Assembly: GCA_963851215.1 (NCBI GenBank)
Contig: CAWKOG010000017.1
Span: forward strand, 345,465 to 409,464
Origin: an uncultured Alphaproteobacteria bacterium
Lineage (GTDB): Bacteria > Pseudomonadota > Alphaproteobacteria > Dongiales > Dongiaceae
Reading direction: 5' to 3'
Length of the DNA: 64,000 nucleotides
Within the stretch, counting starts at the first letter, position 1. Each line of letters begins with the position of its first letter. Shown here piece by piece: positions 10,043 to 19,854 of the stretch. A program made the position numbers and the translations under genes. The notes under the pieces are model-generated. The model did no database searches, was not told the DNA's origin, and saw only the letters and a program-made list of their open reading frames with translations.

Positions 10043-11712
10043 CTTATGTGAAGCTCGCCGGCGGCCGCATCTTCGATCCCGCCAATCGCCGCAACGATGT
10101 CACCGGCGATATCTTCATCCATGACGGCCGCATCGTCGCCGATCCCGGTCCCGGCGCGAAGATTGACAAAGTCATCGACATCTCCGGCCGCGTCGTGATG
10201 GCCGGCGGCATCGACATCCACAGCCATATCTGCGGCGGCAAGATGAACCTGGCCCGCACGCTGATGACGGCGGAACACCGCGAGCATCAGACGCCGGCCA
10301 CCGCCCTTACCCATGGCGGCAGCGGCCATATGACGCCGTCGGCGGCGATCACCGGCTACCGCTATGCCGAGATGGGCTATACCGCCGCCTTCGAGCCCGC
10401 GATGGTGGCCGCCAACGCGCGGCAGGCCCATGCCGAATTGGCCGACACGCCGATGATCGACAAGGGCTGCTATGTCGTGCTCGGCAACGAGGATGCGTTC
10501 CTGCGCATGCTGGCGGAGAAGGCGCCGCAAGCGGCCATCAACGACTATGTCGGCTGGATGGTGCAGGCGACCCAGGCCCTGGCGATCAAGGCGGTCAATC
10601 CCGGCGGCATCAGCGCCTTCAAATTCAATGGCCGCAATCTCGGCTTCGAGAGCGCGAGCCCGCATTACGGCCTGACGCCCCATCGCATCGTGACCACGCT
10701 GGCCCAGGCGGCGCGCGATCTCGGCCTGACCCATCCGCTGCATCTCCACTGCAATGATCTCGGAGTGCCCGGCAATATCGACACGACCCTGCAGACCATC
10801 GGCGCCGTCGACGGCCTGCCGCTGCATCTGACCCATGTACAGTTTCATGCCTATGGCACCGAGGGCGACCGGAAATTTTCCTCCGGCGCCGCGGCGATCG
10901 CCGAGGCCGTCAACAAGCGGCCGAACATCAGCATCGATGTCGGACAGATCATGTTCGGCCAGACCATCACCGCGTCGGCCGATTCCATGTCGCAACACCG
11001 CAACCACGCGCTCGGCCGGCCGCGCAAATGGGTTTGCATGGATATCGAATGTCAGGCCGGCTGCGGCCTGGTGCCGTTCCAGTATCGCGACCGCAATTTC
11101 GTCAACGCGCTGCAATGGGCGATCGGGCTGGAGTTGCTGTTGCTGGTGGAAGATCCCTGGCGGGTCTTCCTGACCACCGATCATCCGAACGGCGCCCCCT
11201 TCACCACCTATCCCCATCTCATCCGGCTGCTGATGGATCGCGACTTCCGTGACGACCGGCTGCGATCGGTCAACAAGCACGCCGCCGCCGCGAGCGCCTT
11301 GCGCAGCATCAAGCGGGAATATTCCCTGTCGGAGATCGCCATCCTGACCCGCGCCGGGCCGGCCCGCATTCTCGGACTTGCCGGGCGTGGACATCTCGGG
11401 CCGGGTGCCGCCGCCGATATCGTGGTCTACAGCGACCAGCCCGACCGCGAAGCGATGTTCGGCAAACCGGATTACGTCTTCAAGGACGGCCGGCTGGTCG
11501 TGCGCGACGGGAAGCTGATCGAAGTCACCTGGGGCGCCACCCATGTCGCCCGTCCCGCCTTCGATGGCGCCATGGATCGTCAGATGGGCGCCTATTTCGA
11601 GCGTTTTCAGACGATCCGCAGCGCCAATTTCCGTGTCGCCGACGGCGAGATCGAGGACGTTGCCGGCGGCCGCCTGGTCAAGCATGCACCGGCGGGAGCC
11701 CGCGCGTCGTGA
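10039..11712 (+). CDS. fhcA: formyltransferase/hydrolase complex subunit A (amidohydrolase, FwdA homologue)
   Basis: 557 aa. Metal-dependent amidohydrolase motifs (GGIDIHSHICGG). 4-nt overlap with fhcB. Confidence 0.9.
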   Translation: MTYVKLAGGRIFDPANRRNDVTGDIFIHDGRIVADPGPGAKIDKVIDISGRVVMAGGIDIHSHICGGKMNLARTLMTAEHREHQTPATALTHGGSGHMTPSAAITGYRYAEMGYTAAFEPAMVAANARQAHAELADTPMIDKGCYVVLGNEDAFLRMLAEKAPQAAINDYVGWMVQATQALAIKAVNPGGISAFKFNGRNLGFESASPHYGLTPHRIVTTLAQAARDLGLTHPLHLHCNDLGVPGNIDTTLQTIGAVDGLPLHLTHVQFHAYGTEGDRKFSSGAAAIAEAVNKRPNISIDVGQIMFGQTITASADSMSQHRNHALGRPRKWVCMDIECQAGCGLVPFQYRDRNFVNALQWAIGLELLLLVEDPWRVFLTTDHPNGAPFTTYPHLIRLLMDRDFRDDRLRSVNKHAAAASALRSIKREYSLSEIAILTRAGPARILGLAGRGHLGPGAAADIVVYSDQPDREAMFGKPDYVFKDGRLVVRDGKLIEVTWGATHVARPAFDGAMDRQMGAYFERFQTIRSANFRVADGEIEDVAGGRLVKHAPAGARAS

Positions 11713-12605
11713 AGATCAACGGCGTCGCCATCGACGATACCTTTGCCGAAGCCTTCGGTATGCGGGCGACGCGTCTGATCATCACCGCCGACACGCCGGG
11801 TTGGGCGCAGACTGCGGCGGCGAGCCTCTGTGGCTTCGCAACCTCGGTGATCGCCTGCGGCTGCGAAGCCGCTATCGAACGCGAACTGCCGCCGGCCGAG
11901 ACGCCGGACGGACGGCCCGGTATCGCCGTGTTGATGTTTTCCATGTCGCTCGCAGATCTGCAGAAGCAGGTCCGCGACCGCGTCGGCCAAAGCGTGCTGA
12001 CGACGGCGGGCTCGGCCTGCTATTCCGGGATCGACGGCGAGGAGGCGGTCAAGATCGGCGGCGCCCTACGCTATTTCGGCGACGGCTTCCAGATCGCGAA
12101 GAAGGTCGGCGACCGGCGTTTCTGGCGCATTCCCGTGATGGATGGCGAGTTCGTCTGCGACGATCGTGCGGGCGTCGTGAAGGCCGTCGGCGGCGGCAAC
12201 ATCCTGATCGTAGCAAAATCGCGGGCCGCAGCGCTGGAGGCGGCAGAGCGCGCCGTCGCCGCCATGCGGAAGTTGCGTGATGTCATTCTGCCGTTCCCCG
12301 GCGGCATCGTCCGCTCCGGCTCCAAGGTCGGATCGAAGTACAAGGCGCTGGTCGCCTCCACCAACGATGCTTATTGCCCGACGTTGAAGGGCCAGACGGC
12401 GACGGCGCTTCCGCCTGAGGCCGCGTCGGTGCTGGAGATCGTCATCGACGGCCTGACGCCTGAGTCCGTGCAAGCGGCGATGCGCGCCGGCATTGCTGCC
12501 GCCTGCGGCGTTGGCGCTGCCGGCGGCATCATCAATATCAGCGCCGGCAACTACGGCGGCAAGCTGGGCAAGTTCCAGTTCCCCTTGCGGGAGATCATGG
12601 CGTGA
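11709..12605 (+). CDS. fhcD: formylmethanofuran:tetrahydromethanopterin formyltransferase (Ftr)
   Basis: 298 aa, MKINGVAIDDTFAEAFGMRATRLIITA… Ftr family. Overlapped starts and stops with fhcA and fhcC. Confidence 0.85.
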   Translation: MKINGVAIDDTFAEAFGMRATRLIITADTPGWAQTAAASLCGFATSVIACGCEAAIERELPPAETPDGRPGIAVLMFSMSLADLQKQVRDRVGQSVLTTAGSACYSGIDGEEAVKIGGALRYFGDGFQIAKKVGDRRFWRIPVMDGEFVCDDRAGVVKAVGGGNILIVAKSRAAALEAAERAVAAMRKLRDVILPFPGGIVRSGSKVGSKYKALVASTNDAYCPTLKGQTATALPPEAASVLEIVIDGLTPESVQAAMRAGIAAACGVGAAGGIINISAGNYGGKLGKFQFPLREIMA

Positions 12606-13423
12606 GCGGCCTCACCTTCCGCCTGAAGGCCGCGCCGACTTGGCGCCTGGATATGTCGCCGCTGACGCCGAACCGGCTTGCCGGCATGAGTGCGCGCGAC
12701 ATCGGGCGGGTCGGCCTGCTCAGCGGCAACAGCCGGATTCCCGCCGGCGACCTGTTCGACGTGGCGGCGGGCAATTCTGCCGACATCCGCGTCCAGAGCG
12801 ACAGCGACAAGCTCGATTTCATCGGCAGCGGCATGGACCGGGGCCGGTTGACGGTCGAGGGTTCCGCCGGCGCCTATTGCGGACTCAATCTCGCGGGTGG
12901 CGAACTCATCCTGCGCGGCCAGACGGGACCCTATGCCGCCGCCGGCATGACCGGCGGCAGCTTCGAAGCGACGGGCGATGTCGGCGACAACTTCGGCGGC
13001 GCCCTGCCGGGCGAAATGCGCGGCATGAGCGGCGGGATCGCCATCCTGCGTGGCAATGCCGGGCAGAGGATCGGGGACCGCATGCGCCGGGGCACGATCA
13101 TTGTCGAAGGCAATGTCGGCGCCTACGCCGCCTCACGCATGATCGCCGGCACGATCATCGCGCTCGGCGCCACGGTCGGCGCCTATCCCGGCTTCGCCAT
13201 GAAACGCGGGACGCTCATCCTCCGCGCCGCCGCGAATCAGATGCTGCCGACCTTCGCGGATTGCGGGCGGCACGAGCTTGGATTCCTGAATCTGCTCTTT
13301 CTGCAGCTCCGTAATACGAGCAGTCAGCTCGATCAGTTGGCAGCGCAAACAAAGATTGTGCAGCGCAGGGTCGGCGATCAAGCCGCTGGCGGAAAGGGCG
13401 AATTGCTCTTCTGGCGCGACTGA
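12602..13423 (+). CDS. fhcC: formyltransferase/hydrolase complex subunit C (FwdC homologue)
   Basis: 273 aa with repeated G-x-G-x-G beta-helix repeats (GSAGAYCG, GQTGPYAAAG, GDVGDNFGG, GNAGQRIG) typical of FwdC/GltB C-terminal domain proteins. Confidence 0.85.
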   Translation: MSGLTFRLKAAPTWRLDMSPLTPNRLAGMSARDIGRVGLLSGNSRIPAGDLFDVAAGNSADIRVQSDSDKLDFIGSGMDRGRLTVEGSAGAYCGLNLAGGELILRGQTGPYAAAGMTGGSFEATGDVGDNFGGALPGEMRGMSGGIAILRGNAGQRIGDRMRRGTIIVEGNVGAYAASRMIAGTIIALGATVGAYPGFAMKRGTLILRAAANQMLPTFADCGRHELGFLNLLFLQLRNTSSQLDQLAAQTKIVQRRVGDQAAGGKGELLFWRD

Positions 13424-13659
13424 GGTTGCGGCGGGCAAGGCATTTCATATCGCACTGCGGAATAAATCCCGCTGCCGTCAAGAGAATCTTTCACGCAAAT
13501 TTGTCACTGTGTTAGGCTCCTGCCGTCGTCTGGGCTGCCGGACGTCACGGGGGACTCTACAAAACAAGAAGCTGCACATGACGTGCCGGAGCGGCAGGGC
13601 ACGTTTGCCTCCATCAAAGGCGGTCCTTGCGATTTTTCGCAACACATGACGGAGGAGTC

Positions 13660-14199
13660 ATGCCACAACTTGTCGCACTTTCTGTGAGTATCGCTGTACT
13701 TGGCGCCATCTGGGCCTTTCTGGCGCTCGGTCCGCTTGCTGGTTTTGTCCTGGTTTGGGCCGGATTCATTGCCTGGGGTTGCTTCTTTCACACCGGTGGC
13801 GATCAGAAGGCTCTGATCAAGACGATCTGCGGAAACATCTTCGGAATCGTCGTCGCCTGGATCGCATTGCTGCTCATCGTCAAGATCGGCGGCGGCCTAG
13901 TGGTCAATGCGATCATCGTCGGCATCACCGTGTTCTTCCTGGTGATTGTCGCGAAGATCGATCAACTGTCGGCTGTGCCCGCGAATGTCTATGGCTACGC
14001 GGCTACCGTCGCCTATTCGCTGCATCAACCGTCAGCGGCCGGCGCGACGCCCGACGTGATGGGATCCGGACCGCTATTCAGCCTGACCGCGCCGACCTTC
14101 GCCAATCCATTGGTTCTGTTGATCGTCTCCATGGTTCTGGGTGCCATCTTCGGCTTCGTTTCCGGTAAAGTAGCCGGCGCATTGACGAAGAAGGCGTGA
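13660..14199 (+). CDS. inner-membrane protein (DUF1097-like, about 5 TM)
   Basis: ATG 13660 preceded by GGAGGAG. Highly hydrophobic 179-aa product. Confidence 0.6.
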   Translation: MPQLVALSVSIAVLGAIWAFLALGPLAGFVLVWAGFIAWGCFFHTGGDQKALIKTICGNIFGIVVAWIALLLIVKIGGGLVVNAIIVGITVFFLVIVAKIDQLSAVPANVYGYAATVAYSLHQPSAAGATPDVMGSGPLFSLTAPTFANPLVLLIVSMVLGAIFGFVSGKVAGALTKKA

Positions 14200-14260
14200 A
14201 GACGCTCTAGGAATCACGAACGCTCGAACTGACGCCGCCGCAGGTTTCTTGCGGCGGCGT

Positions 14261-14851
14261 CTATTCGGCGGCGCGCTGATCCGTGACTGACTTGCCGAGG
14301 AAATTGCGCAAGAGATCGTAGCCATGCTCGGTCAGCACGGCTTCCGGATGGAATTGCAGTCCGACGATCGGATGGCGGCGATGGGCGAGCGCCATGATCT
14401 CGCCTTCCTGGCTTTCGGCCGTGATTACAAGATCTTCGGGCAGATCTTCTTTGGCGACTACCAGGGAATGGTACCGCGTCGCCCGCAGCGGATTTGGCAG
14501 GCTGGCGAAAATGCCGGCGCCATTGTGCCGGATCATCGACGTCTTGCCATGCATCGGCCGCCGGGCGCGGACGATCCTGCCGCCGAAAGCCTGGCCGATG
14601 CTTTGATGGCCGAGGCAGACGCCCAGGATCGGAATGGACGGACCGAAGCGCCGCACCGTCGCCACGGAAATTCCGGCTTCATTGGGTGTGCAGGGACCGG
14701 GCGAGATCACGATGTGGGACGGTTTCAGCGCTGCGATTTCGTCCAGGCTGAAGCCGTCATTGCGTACGACCTGCGTGGACCAGCCGAGTTCGCGAAGATA
14801 GCGCGCCAGGTTGTGGACGAAGGAGTCGTAATTGTCGATCACCAGGATCAT
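14261..14851 (-). CDS. pabA: aminodeoxychorismate/anthranilate synthase glutamine amidotransferase component
   Basis: MILVIDNYDSFVHNLARYL… is the canonical TrpG/PabA N-terminus, with the catalytic Cys in GVCLGHQ. GGGAGGCGG RBS. Its neighbour is pabB-like in an H4MPT cluster (pABA is an H4MPT precursor). Confidence 0.85.
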   Translation of the reverse strand: MILVIDNYDSFVHNLARYLRELGWSTQVVRNDGFSLDEIAALKPSHIVISPGPCTPNEAGISVATVRRFGPSIPILGVCLGHQSIGQAFGGRIVRARRPMHGKTSMIRHNGAGIFASLPNPLRATRYHSLVVAKEDLPEDLVITAESQEGEIMALAHRRHPIVGLQFHPEAVLTEHGYDLLRNFLGKSVTDQRAAE

Positions 14852-16319
14852 GACCGCCTCCCGGGCCGGTCAGCGCCGCAATCAAGGCCCGCGCCTTGGC
14901 GACCGTCTCGTCATATTCGTCCGCCGGGCGAGAATCCGCGACAATGCCGCCGCCCGCCTGGAACGTCACCATGCCGTCCTTGATGCCGTAGGTGCGGATG
15001 GTGATGCTGGTATCCATCGAGCCGTCAAAGCCGATATAGCCGATGCTGCCGCAATAAGGGCCGCGGCGGGTCGGTTCGAGTTCCGCAATAATCTCCATCG
15101 CCCGGATCTTCGGGGCGCCGGTGATCGATCCCCCGGGGAAGCAGGCCGCCAGCAGATCGACCGCCGTCTTGCCCGGCTGCAATTCGCCGGTGACCGTCGA
15201 CACCAGATGAAACACCGTGGCGAAGGTTTCGAGCTCGCACAGCCGCGGCACGTCGACCGATCCGTCGCGGCAGACACGGGAGAGATCGTTGCGCAGGAGG
15301 TCGACGATCATCACATTCTCGGCGCGGTCCTTCTCGCTGGCCAGAAGCTCGGCGGCCAGCACCTCATCCGCCTGGGGCGTCGATCCGCGCGGCCGGGTTC
15401 CCTTGATCGGGCAGGTTTCGACCTGACCATGCTGCAGTCTCAGGAAGCGTTCGGGCGACGCTGAAACGATCTCGACATCGCCAGACTTGATCAGGGCCGC
15501 AAATGGCGCAGGATTTATCTTTCGCAACCTGCGATAGAGATCGAAACCAGTGAGTCCCTTTGGCAGTCTTGCTTGCAAGCACTGTGAAAGGTTGGCTTGA
15601 AATATGTCGCCGGCGAGGATGTAGCTTATGACCCGCTCCACGGCGGTTTCATAACCGGGCTGCGTGAAGTTGGATTGCAATTCGACCCGTCCGCTTACCG
15701 GCGCCGGCTGCGGCAGCGTTGCCGCCGACTCGATCCGGCGAAGGATGTGGTTGAGTCTCTCAATTGCAAGTTGTTCTCGATTGGCCGCGTCGGCATTGGG
15801 AAATCCGCTCGAAAAAATCCAAGCGCGTTGCGCCTGATGATCGACGGCGATGACGACATCGTGGAATCCGATCACCAAATCCGGAAACTGCATCTCGTCA
15901 TAGCGCGCCATCGGCACGCGCTCCAGATGCTGCGCAAGCTCATAGCCGAAATAGCCGACCGCTCCGCCTTGAAACGGCGGCAGATCTGGCGCCGGCGAAA
16001 AGCTGAATCGGCTGAGCTGTTCATCCAGCAGTTGAAACGGATTGCCCTGAAGTACGCGCTCGCCCAGGGCAATATTGCCATTCTTGCTGCTCAGAATCTG
16101 GAATGGCTCGATAGCGATATAGGAGTAGCGGCCGCGCTCGCCGTCGGTTACCGCGCTCTCCAGCAACACGGCATGGCGATCCCTGGCGAAGGGCGCAAAG
16201 AGTTCCAGCGGATCGCGATAGGCGATCTCCCGGACCAGCGGAGAAACAGCCTGGCCGGCAGCCGCGATATCGGGCACCCGCGGATGCGGCGGTATTTTCG
16301 GCAAGGTCTGTTGCATCAT
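14757..16319 (-). CDS. pabB: aminodeoxychorismate synthase component I (chorismate-binding enzyme)
   Basis: …PGGSITGAPKIRAMEIIAELEPTRRGPYCGSIGYIGFDGSMDTSITIRT…GGGIVADSRPADEYDETVAKARAL. Start ambiguous: TTG 16349 or ATG 16319. The reading frame extends 37 codons past the conserved C-terminus into pabA. Confidence 0.8.
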   Translation of the reverse strand: MMQQTLPKIPPHPRVPDIAAAGQAVSPLVREIAYRDPLELFAPFARDRHAVLLESAVTDGERGRYSYIAIEPFQILSSKNGNIALGERVLQGNPFQLLDEQLSRFSFSPAPDLPPFQGGAVGYFGYELAQHLERVPMARYDEMQFPDLVIGFHDVVIAVDHQAQRAWIFSSGFPNADAANREQLAIERLNHILRRIESAATLPQPAPVSGRVELQSNFTQPGYETAVERVISYILAGDIFQANLSQCLQARLPKGLTGFDLYRRLRKINPAPFAALIKSGDVEIVSASPERFLRLQHGQVETCPIKGTRPRGSTPQADEVLAAELLASEKDRAENVMIVDLLRNDLSRVCRDGSVDVPRLCELETFATVFHLVSTVTGELQPGKTAVDLLAACFPGGSITGAPKIRAMEIIAELEPTRRGPYCGSIGYIGFDGSMDTSITIRTYGIKDGMVTFQAGGGIVADSRPADEYDETVAKARALIAALTGPGGGHDPGDRQLRLLRPQPGALSSRTRLVHAGRTQ

Positions 16320-16363
16320 GGCGCCGCATTGTTCCCAGGCGCGGCGCAATGTGCAACATTTGA

Positions 16364-17521
16364 ATGGAGCCGCCCATCGGCGCTAACCTATTCATGCATA
16401 TGGCAAAATCAGACCTGCCCGCGACCGCTCCGGAGACTGCGCGCTGCTATCTGCGCCCGCTGGGGCTGTTCCGCCGCGGCGAGGAGGATAGCGCGGGCGA
16501 GTTTCCCCGGCTGCTTGGAGGTGCGCAGCGCATCGGCGCCTGGGAGATAACAATCCGCAACGGCGCGACAATCCAGCGAGCGGTCGCGACGGCGCCGGCC
16601 CTCAATGACTGGCGCGAACGGCAGCCGGCCGCCGTGAAGGCCAGGTTGGCGGTGCTAATCGATCGTTTGACCGCTTCGCGCTGGCACGCCATCGACCGGA
16701 CGGATGCTGGGCCCTTGCTCATGGGCATCGTCAATGTGACGCCCGACAGTTTCTCCGACGGCGGCCGGCATGAAGATCCCGCGGCTGCCCTGGCCCACGC
16801 CCGCGAACTCGTCGACGCCGGGGCGCGTATCCTGGATATCGGCGGGGAATCGACCCGGCCCGGTGCGGCGCCGGTATCTCCGCCTGATGAAATCCGGCGG
16901 GTGGTGCCGGTGCTTCAAGGGCTGCAGGATCTGCGTCAGGGTTCGCCGCGGATCATGCTCTCGATCGATACCCGGCATGCCGCCGTGATGAGGGCTGCGC
17001 TGCAGATCGGCGTGGATATCATCAACGACGTCACCGCCCTGACCGGCGACCTGGAGAGCTTCGCAGTCGCGGCCAGGAGCAGCGCCGATATCGCGCTCAT
17101 GCATATGCAAGGCGAGCCGCCGACCATGAACCAGGCGCCGGTTTATGCCGACGTCCTGTTGGATGTCTTCGACTATCTGGAGTCGCGCATCGCGGCCTGC
17201 GTAGCGGCGGGAATCCCTCGCGACAAGCTGATCGTGGACCCCGGCATCGGCTTCGGCAAAAAGAGCGCCGAAAATCTGGCGATCCTGCGCAATCTCGCCC
17301 TCTTCCACGGCCTCGGCTGCCGGACGCTCCTGGGTGCGTCGCGAAAGGGTTTCGGGGCGAAAACTCAGGCGCTGGCGCCCCGGGATCGGCTGCCGACATC
17401 CCTGGCGGCGGCTGTGTCGGCGGCAGCGCAGGGCTTTCATATGCTGCGCGTGCACGACGTGGCGGAGACAAAGCAGGCGCTGGAAATCTGGCGGCGCATC
17501 GCCGAAAACTCAACGGATTGA
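16364..17521 (+). CDS. dihydropteroate synthase-like pterin-binding protein with ~115-aa N-terminal extension (probable H4MPT-pathway DHPS homologue)
   Basis: C-terminal 270 aa carry DHPS motifs (GIVNVTPDSFSDGG, DIGGESTRPG, DPGIGFGK). The N-terminal extension is not DHPS-like. Confidence 0.8.
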   Translation: MEPPIGANLFMHMAKSDLPATAPETARCYLRPLGLFRRGEEDSAGEFPRLLGGAQRIGAWEITIRNGATIQRAVATAPALNDWRERQPAAVKARLAVLIDRLTASRWHAIDRTDAGPLLMGIVNVTPDSFSDGGRHEDPAAALAHARELVDAGARILDIGGESTRPGAAPVSPPDEIRRVVPVLQGLQDLRQGSPRIMLSIDTRHAAVMRAALQIGVDIINDVTALTGDLESFAVAARSSADIALMHMQGEPPTMNQAPVYADVLLDVFDYLESRIAACVAAGIPRDKLIVDPGIGFGKKSAENLAILRNLALFHGLGCRTLLGASRKGFGAKTQALAPRDRLPTSLAAAVSAAAQGFHMLRVHDVAETKQALEIWRRIAENSTD

Positions 17522-17714
17522 GCCCGTTTGGCAGTTTAGACCAATTCCAAACCACTCACCTGGGTCTTCAATCGAGGCAGGTTCATTACGAACAAGCGCT
17601 TGCGGGCCATCCGCCGCCGCGCTTTGATACCAACTCGATAAGAACGGGCTTTGCACTGAGGCTAGGTATCGAAGGCAGACCCGAGCAAAACAAGTCCAGC
17701 AGGGAGATAAATGC

Positions 17715-18686
17715 ATGAGTTACAAATTACGCACCACCGCCATTGCCGCGGCGCTCGCGGCGGCCGTGATGGCGGGTGGGGGCAGCCCGGCGACGGCGGC
17801 GGCGCCGGAATCGTCTGACCCCATCAAGATCGCGCTGTTCGATTGGACCAGCGTGAACATCAACGCCAACATCCTCGGCGGCATCCTGAAGCGGCTCGGC
17901 TACAATGTCGAATACGTCCCGGCGGACTACATTTCCAGCATGACCACCGGCCTGACGACCGGCGACATCACCATCGCCCTGGAGTATTGGGATACGACGG
18001 CCGGCGAAGCCATGGCGGCCTCCGATGCCACCGGAAAGACGGAGCGTCTCGGCGCGCTCGGACCGAAGGCGAAAGAGGAATGGTGGTATCCCCTCTATAT
18101 GAAGGACAAATGCCCGGGCCTGCCGAACTGGGAAGCGTTGAAGGATCCAGCCTGTGCCGCGGCCTTCGCGACGCCGGATACGGCGCCGAACGGCCGCTAC
18201 CTCGGCGGCCCCGTCACCTGGGAAGGCTTCGACGACGAGCGGGTGCAGGCGCTGGGCCTGCCCTTCACGGTCATCCATGCCGGCACCGATGCGGCGATGT
18301 TCGCCGAGCTGGCCTCCGCCATCGAGCGCAAGGCGCCGATCATGATGTGGATCTACTCGCCCCACTGGGCGCCCGCGAAGTATGAAGGCGAATGGGTGGA
18401 GTTCCCGGAACACACGCCGGAGTGCTATACCGACCCGGCTTGGGGTTCCAACAAGGACATGGCGTATGACTGCGGCAAGCCCTTCGGCGAGATCTGGAAG
18501 TATTCCTGGATCGAGCTGAAGACCAAGTGGCCGGTCGCCTACAACGTGGCGAAAAACTACAGCATGGACGCCAAGGAATTGGGTCTGTTGGGCGGCCAGG
18601 TCGACCTCGACGGCAAGACGATCGAGGAAGTCGCGGAAGCCTGGATCGTCGCCAACGAGGCTAAGTGGCAAGCCTGGGCGAAATAG
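17715..18686 (+). CDS. proX: glycine betaine/proline ABC transporter substrate-binding protein (ProX/OpuAC-like)
   Basis: 323 aa, signal peptide (AAALAAAVMAGGG), Trp-rich OpuAC-type fold signatures. Confidence 0.8.
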   Translation: MSYKLRTTAIAAALAAAVMAGGGSPATAAAPESSDPIKIALFDWTSVNINANILGGILKRLGYNVEYVPADYISSMTTGLTTGDITIALEYWDTTAGEAMAASDATGKTERLGALGPKAKEEWWYPLYMKDKCPGLPNWEALKDPACAAAFATPDTAPNGRYLGGPVTWEGFDDERVQALGLPFTVIHAGTDAAMFAELASAIERKAPIMMWIYSPHWAPAKYEGEWVEFPEHTPECYTDPAWGSNKDMAYDCGKPFGEIWKYSWIELKTKWPVAYNVAKNYSMDAKELGLLGGQVDLDGKTIEEVAEAWIVANEAKWQAWAK

Positions 18687-18726
18687 GCCCACGGCGTAGT
18701 CTGCCTCAGTGTGTTTTGTTGACGGG

Positions 18727-18754
18727 TGAGCGGACGAGTTTTCGTCCGCTCACT
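18727..18754 (+). terminator. perfect hairpin between proX and proV (possible attenuator or partial terminator)
   Basis: GTGAGCGGACG-AGTTTT-CGTCCGCTCAC followed by TTCAATT. Could set binding-protein versus permease stoichiometry. Confidence 0.35.
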
Positions 18755-18771
18755 TCAATTGGTGTAAATCG

Positions 18772-19854
18772 TTGAATGGTATGATCCAGGCAGGGACGAC
18801 CGAGATCGCGCCGGCGCGGCCGGCCTCGCAGCCGGTCCAAATCGCTTGCCGCAATGTGTGGAAGGTCTTCGGCCGCAACGCCGAGGAATTTCTGCGCGGG
18901 CGGGCGGCAAATCCGACAGCCGACGAATTGGCAAGCGGAGACCTGATCGGCGCGGTGCAGGCCGTCAGCATCGACGTCCATCAAGGCGAGATCTTCGTCA
19001 TCATGGGCCTGTCGGGCTCCGGCAAATCGACGCTGGTGCGCTGCATGTCGCGGCTGATCGAGCCGACCGCCGGCGAGATCATCTTCGACGGCCGCGACCT
19101 GTTGAAGGCGACGGAGCGCGAGCTGATCGAGATCCGCCGCCACAAGATGGGCATGGTGTTCCAGCATTTCGCCTTGCTGCCGCATCAGACCGTGCTGGGC
19201 AATGTGGCGTTTCCGCTGGCGATCCAGGGCATCGACCGGGCGACGCGGGAGGCGCGGGCGCGCAAGATCATCGAGCTGGTCGGATTGAAGGGCCGCGAAC
19301 TCTATTTTCCGCGGCAACTTTCCGGCGGCCAGCAGCAGCGCGTCGGCATCGCCCGCAGCCTGGCGGTCGAGCCGGAGATCTGGTTCCTCGACGAACCGTT
19401 CTCCGCTCTCGATCCGCTGATCCGCCGGGAGATGCAGGATGAGTTCCTGCGCCTCCAGAACATGCTGCATAAGACGATCGTGTTCATCACCCACGATTTT
19501 GACGAGGCCATCCGGCTGGCCGATCGCATCGCCATCATGAAGGACGGCGCCATCATCCAGGTCGGCTCGCCGGAGGATTTGGTGACGCGGCCGGCCACCG
19601 ATTATGTGCGCGAATTCACCCGCGACGTGCAGCGTGCCAAGGTGATTTCCGCCCGCTCGCTGATGCGGCCTGCGGCGCCGGGCGGCCGCTATGCCAGCCA
19701 TGTGCAGGCCGGCGCGCGCATCGCCAGCTTCGCCGCGCAGATCGTGGCATCCGACCAGCCCTTCGGCGTCATCGGCGAGAACGGCCAGCTCGCCGGCGAG
19801 ATCCATCGCGACGCCGTGGTGGCGCTGCTGGCCGGGCGCGATCATCAGGCATGA
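18772..19854 (+). CDS. proV: glycine betaine/proline ABC transporter ATP-binding protein with C-terminal CBS region
   Basis: Walker A GLSGSGKST, LSGGQQQRV signature, Walker B IWFLDEPFSALD. Confidence 0.9.
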   Translation: MNGMIQAGTTEIAPARPASQPVQIACRNVWKVFGRNAEEFLRGRAANPTADELASGDLIGAVQAVSIDVHQGEIFVIMGLSGSGKSTLVRCMSRLIEPTAGEIIFDGRDLLKATERELIEIRRHKMGMVFQHFALLPHQTVLGNVAFPLAIQGIDRATREARARKIIELVGLKGRELYFPRQLSGGQQQRVGIARSLAVEPEIWFLDEPFSALDPLIRREMQDEFLRLQNMLHKTIVFITHDFDEAIRLADRIAIMKDGAIIQVGSPEDLVTRPATDYVREFTRDVQRAKVISARSLMRPAAPGGRYASHVQAGARIASFAAQIVASDQPFGVIGENGQLAGEIHRDAVVALLAGRDHQA

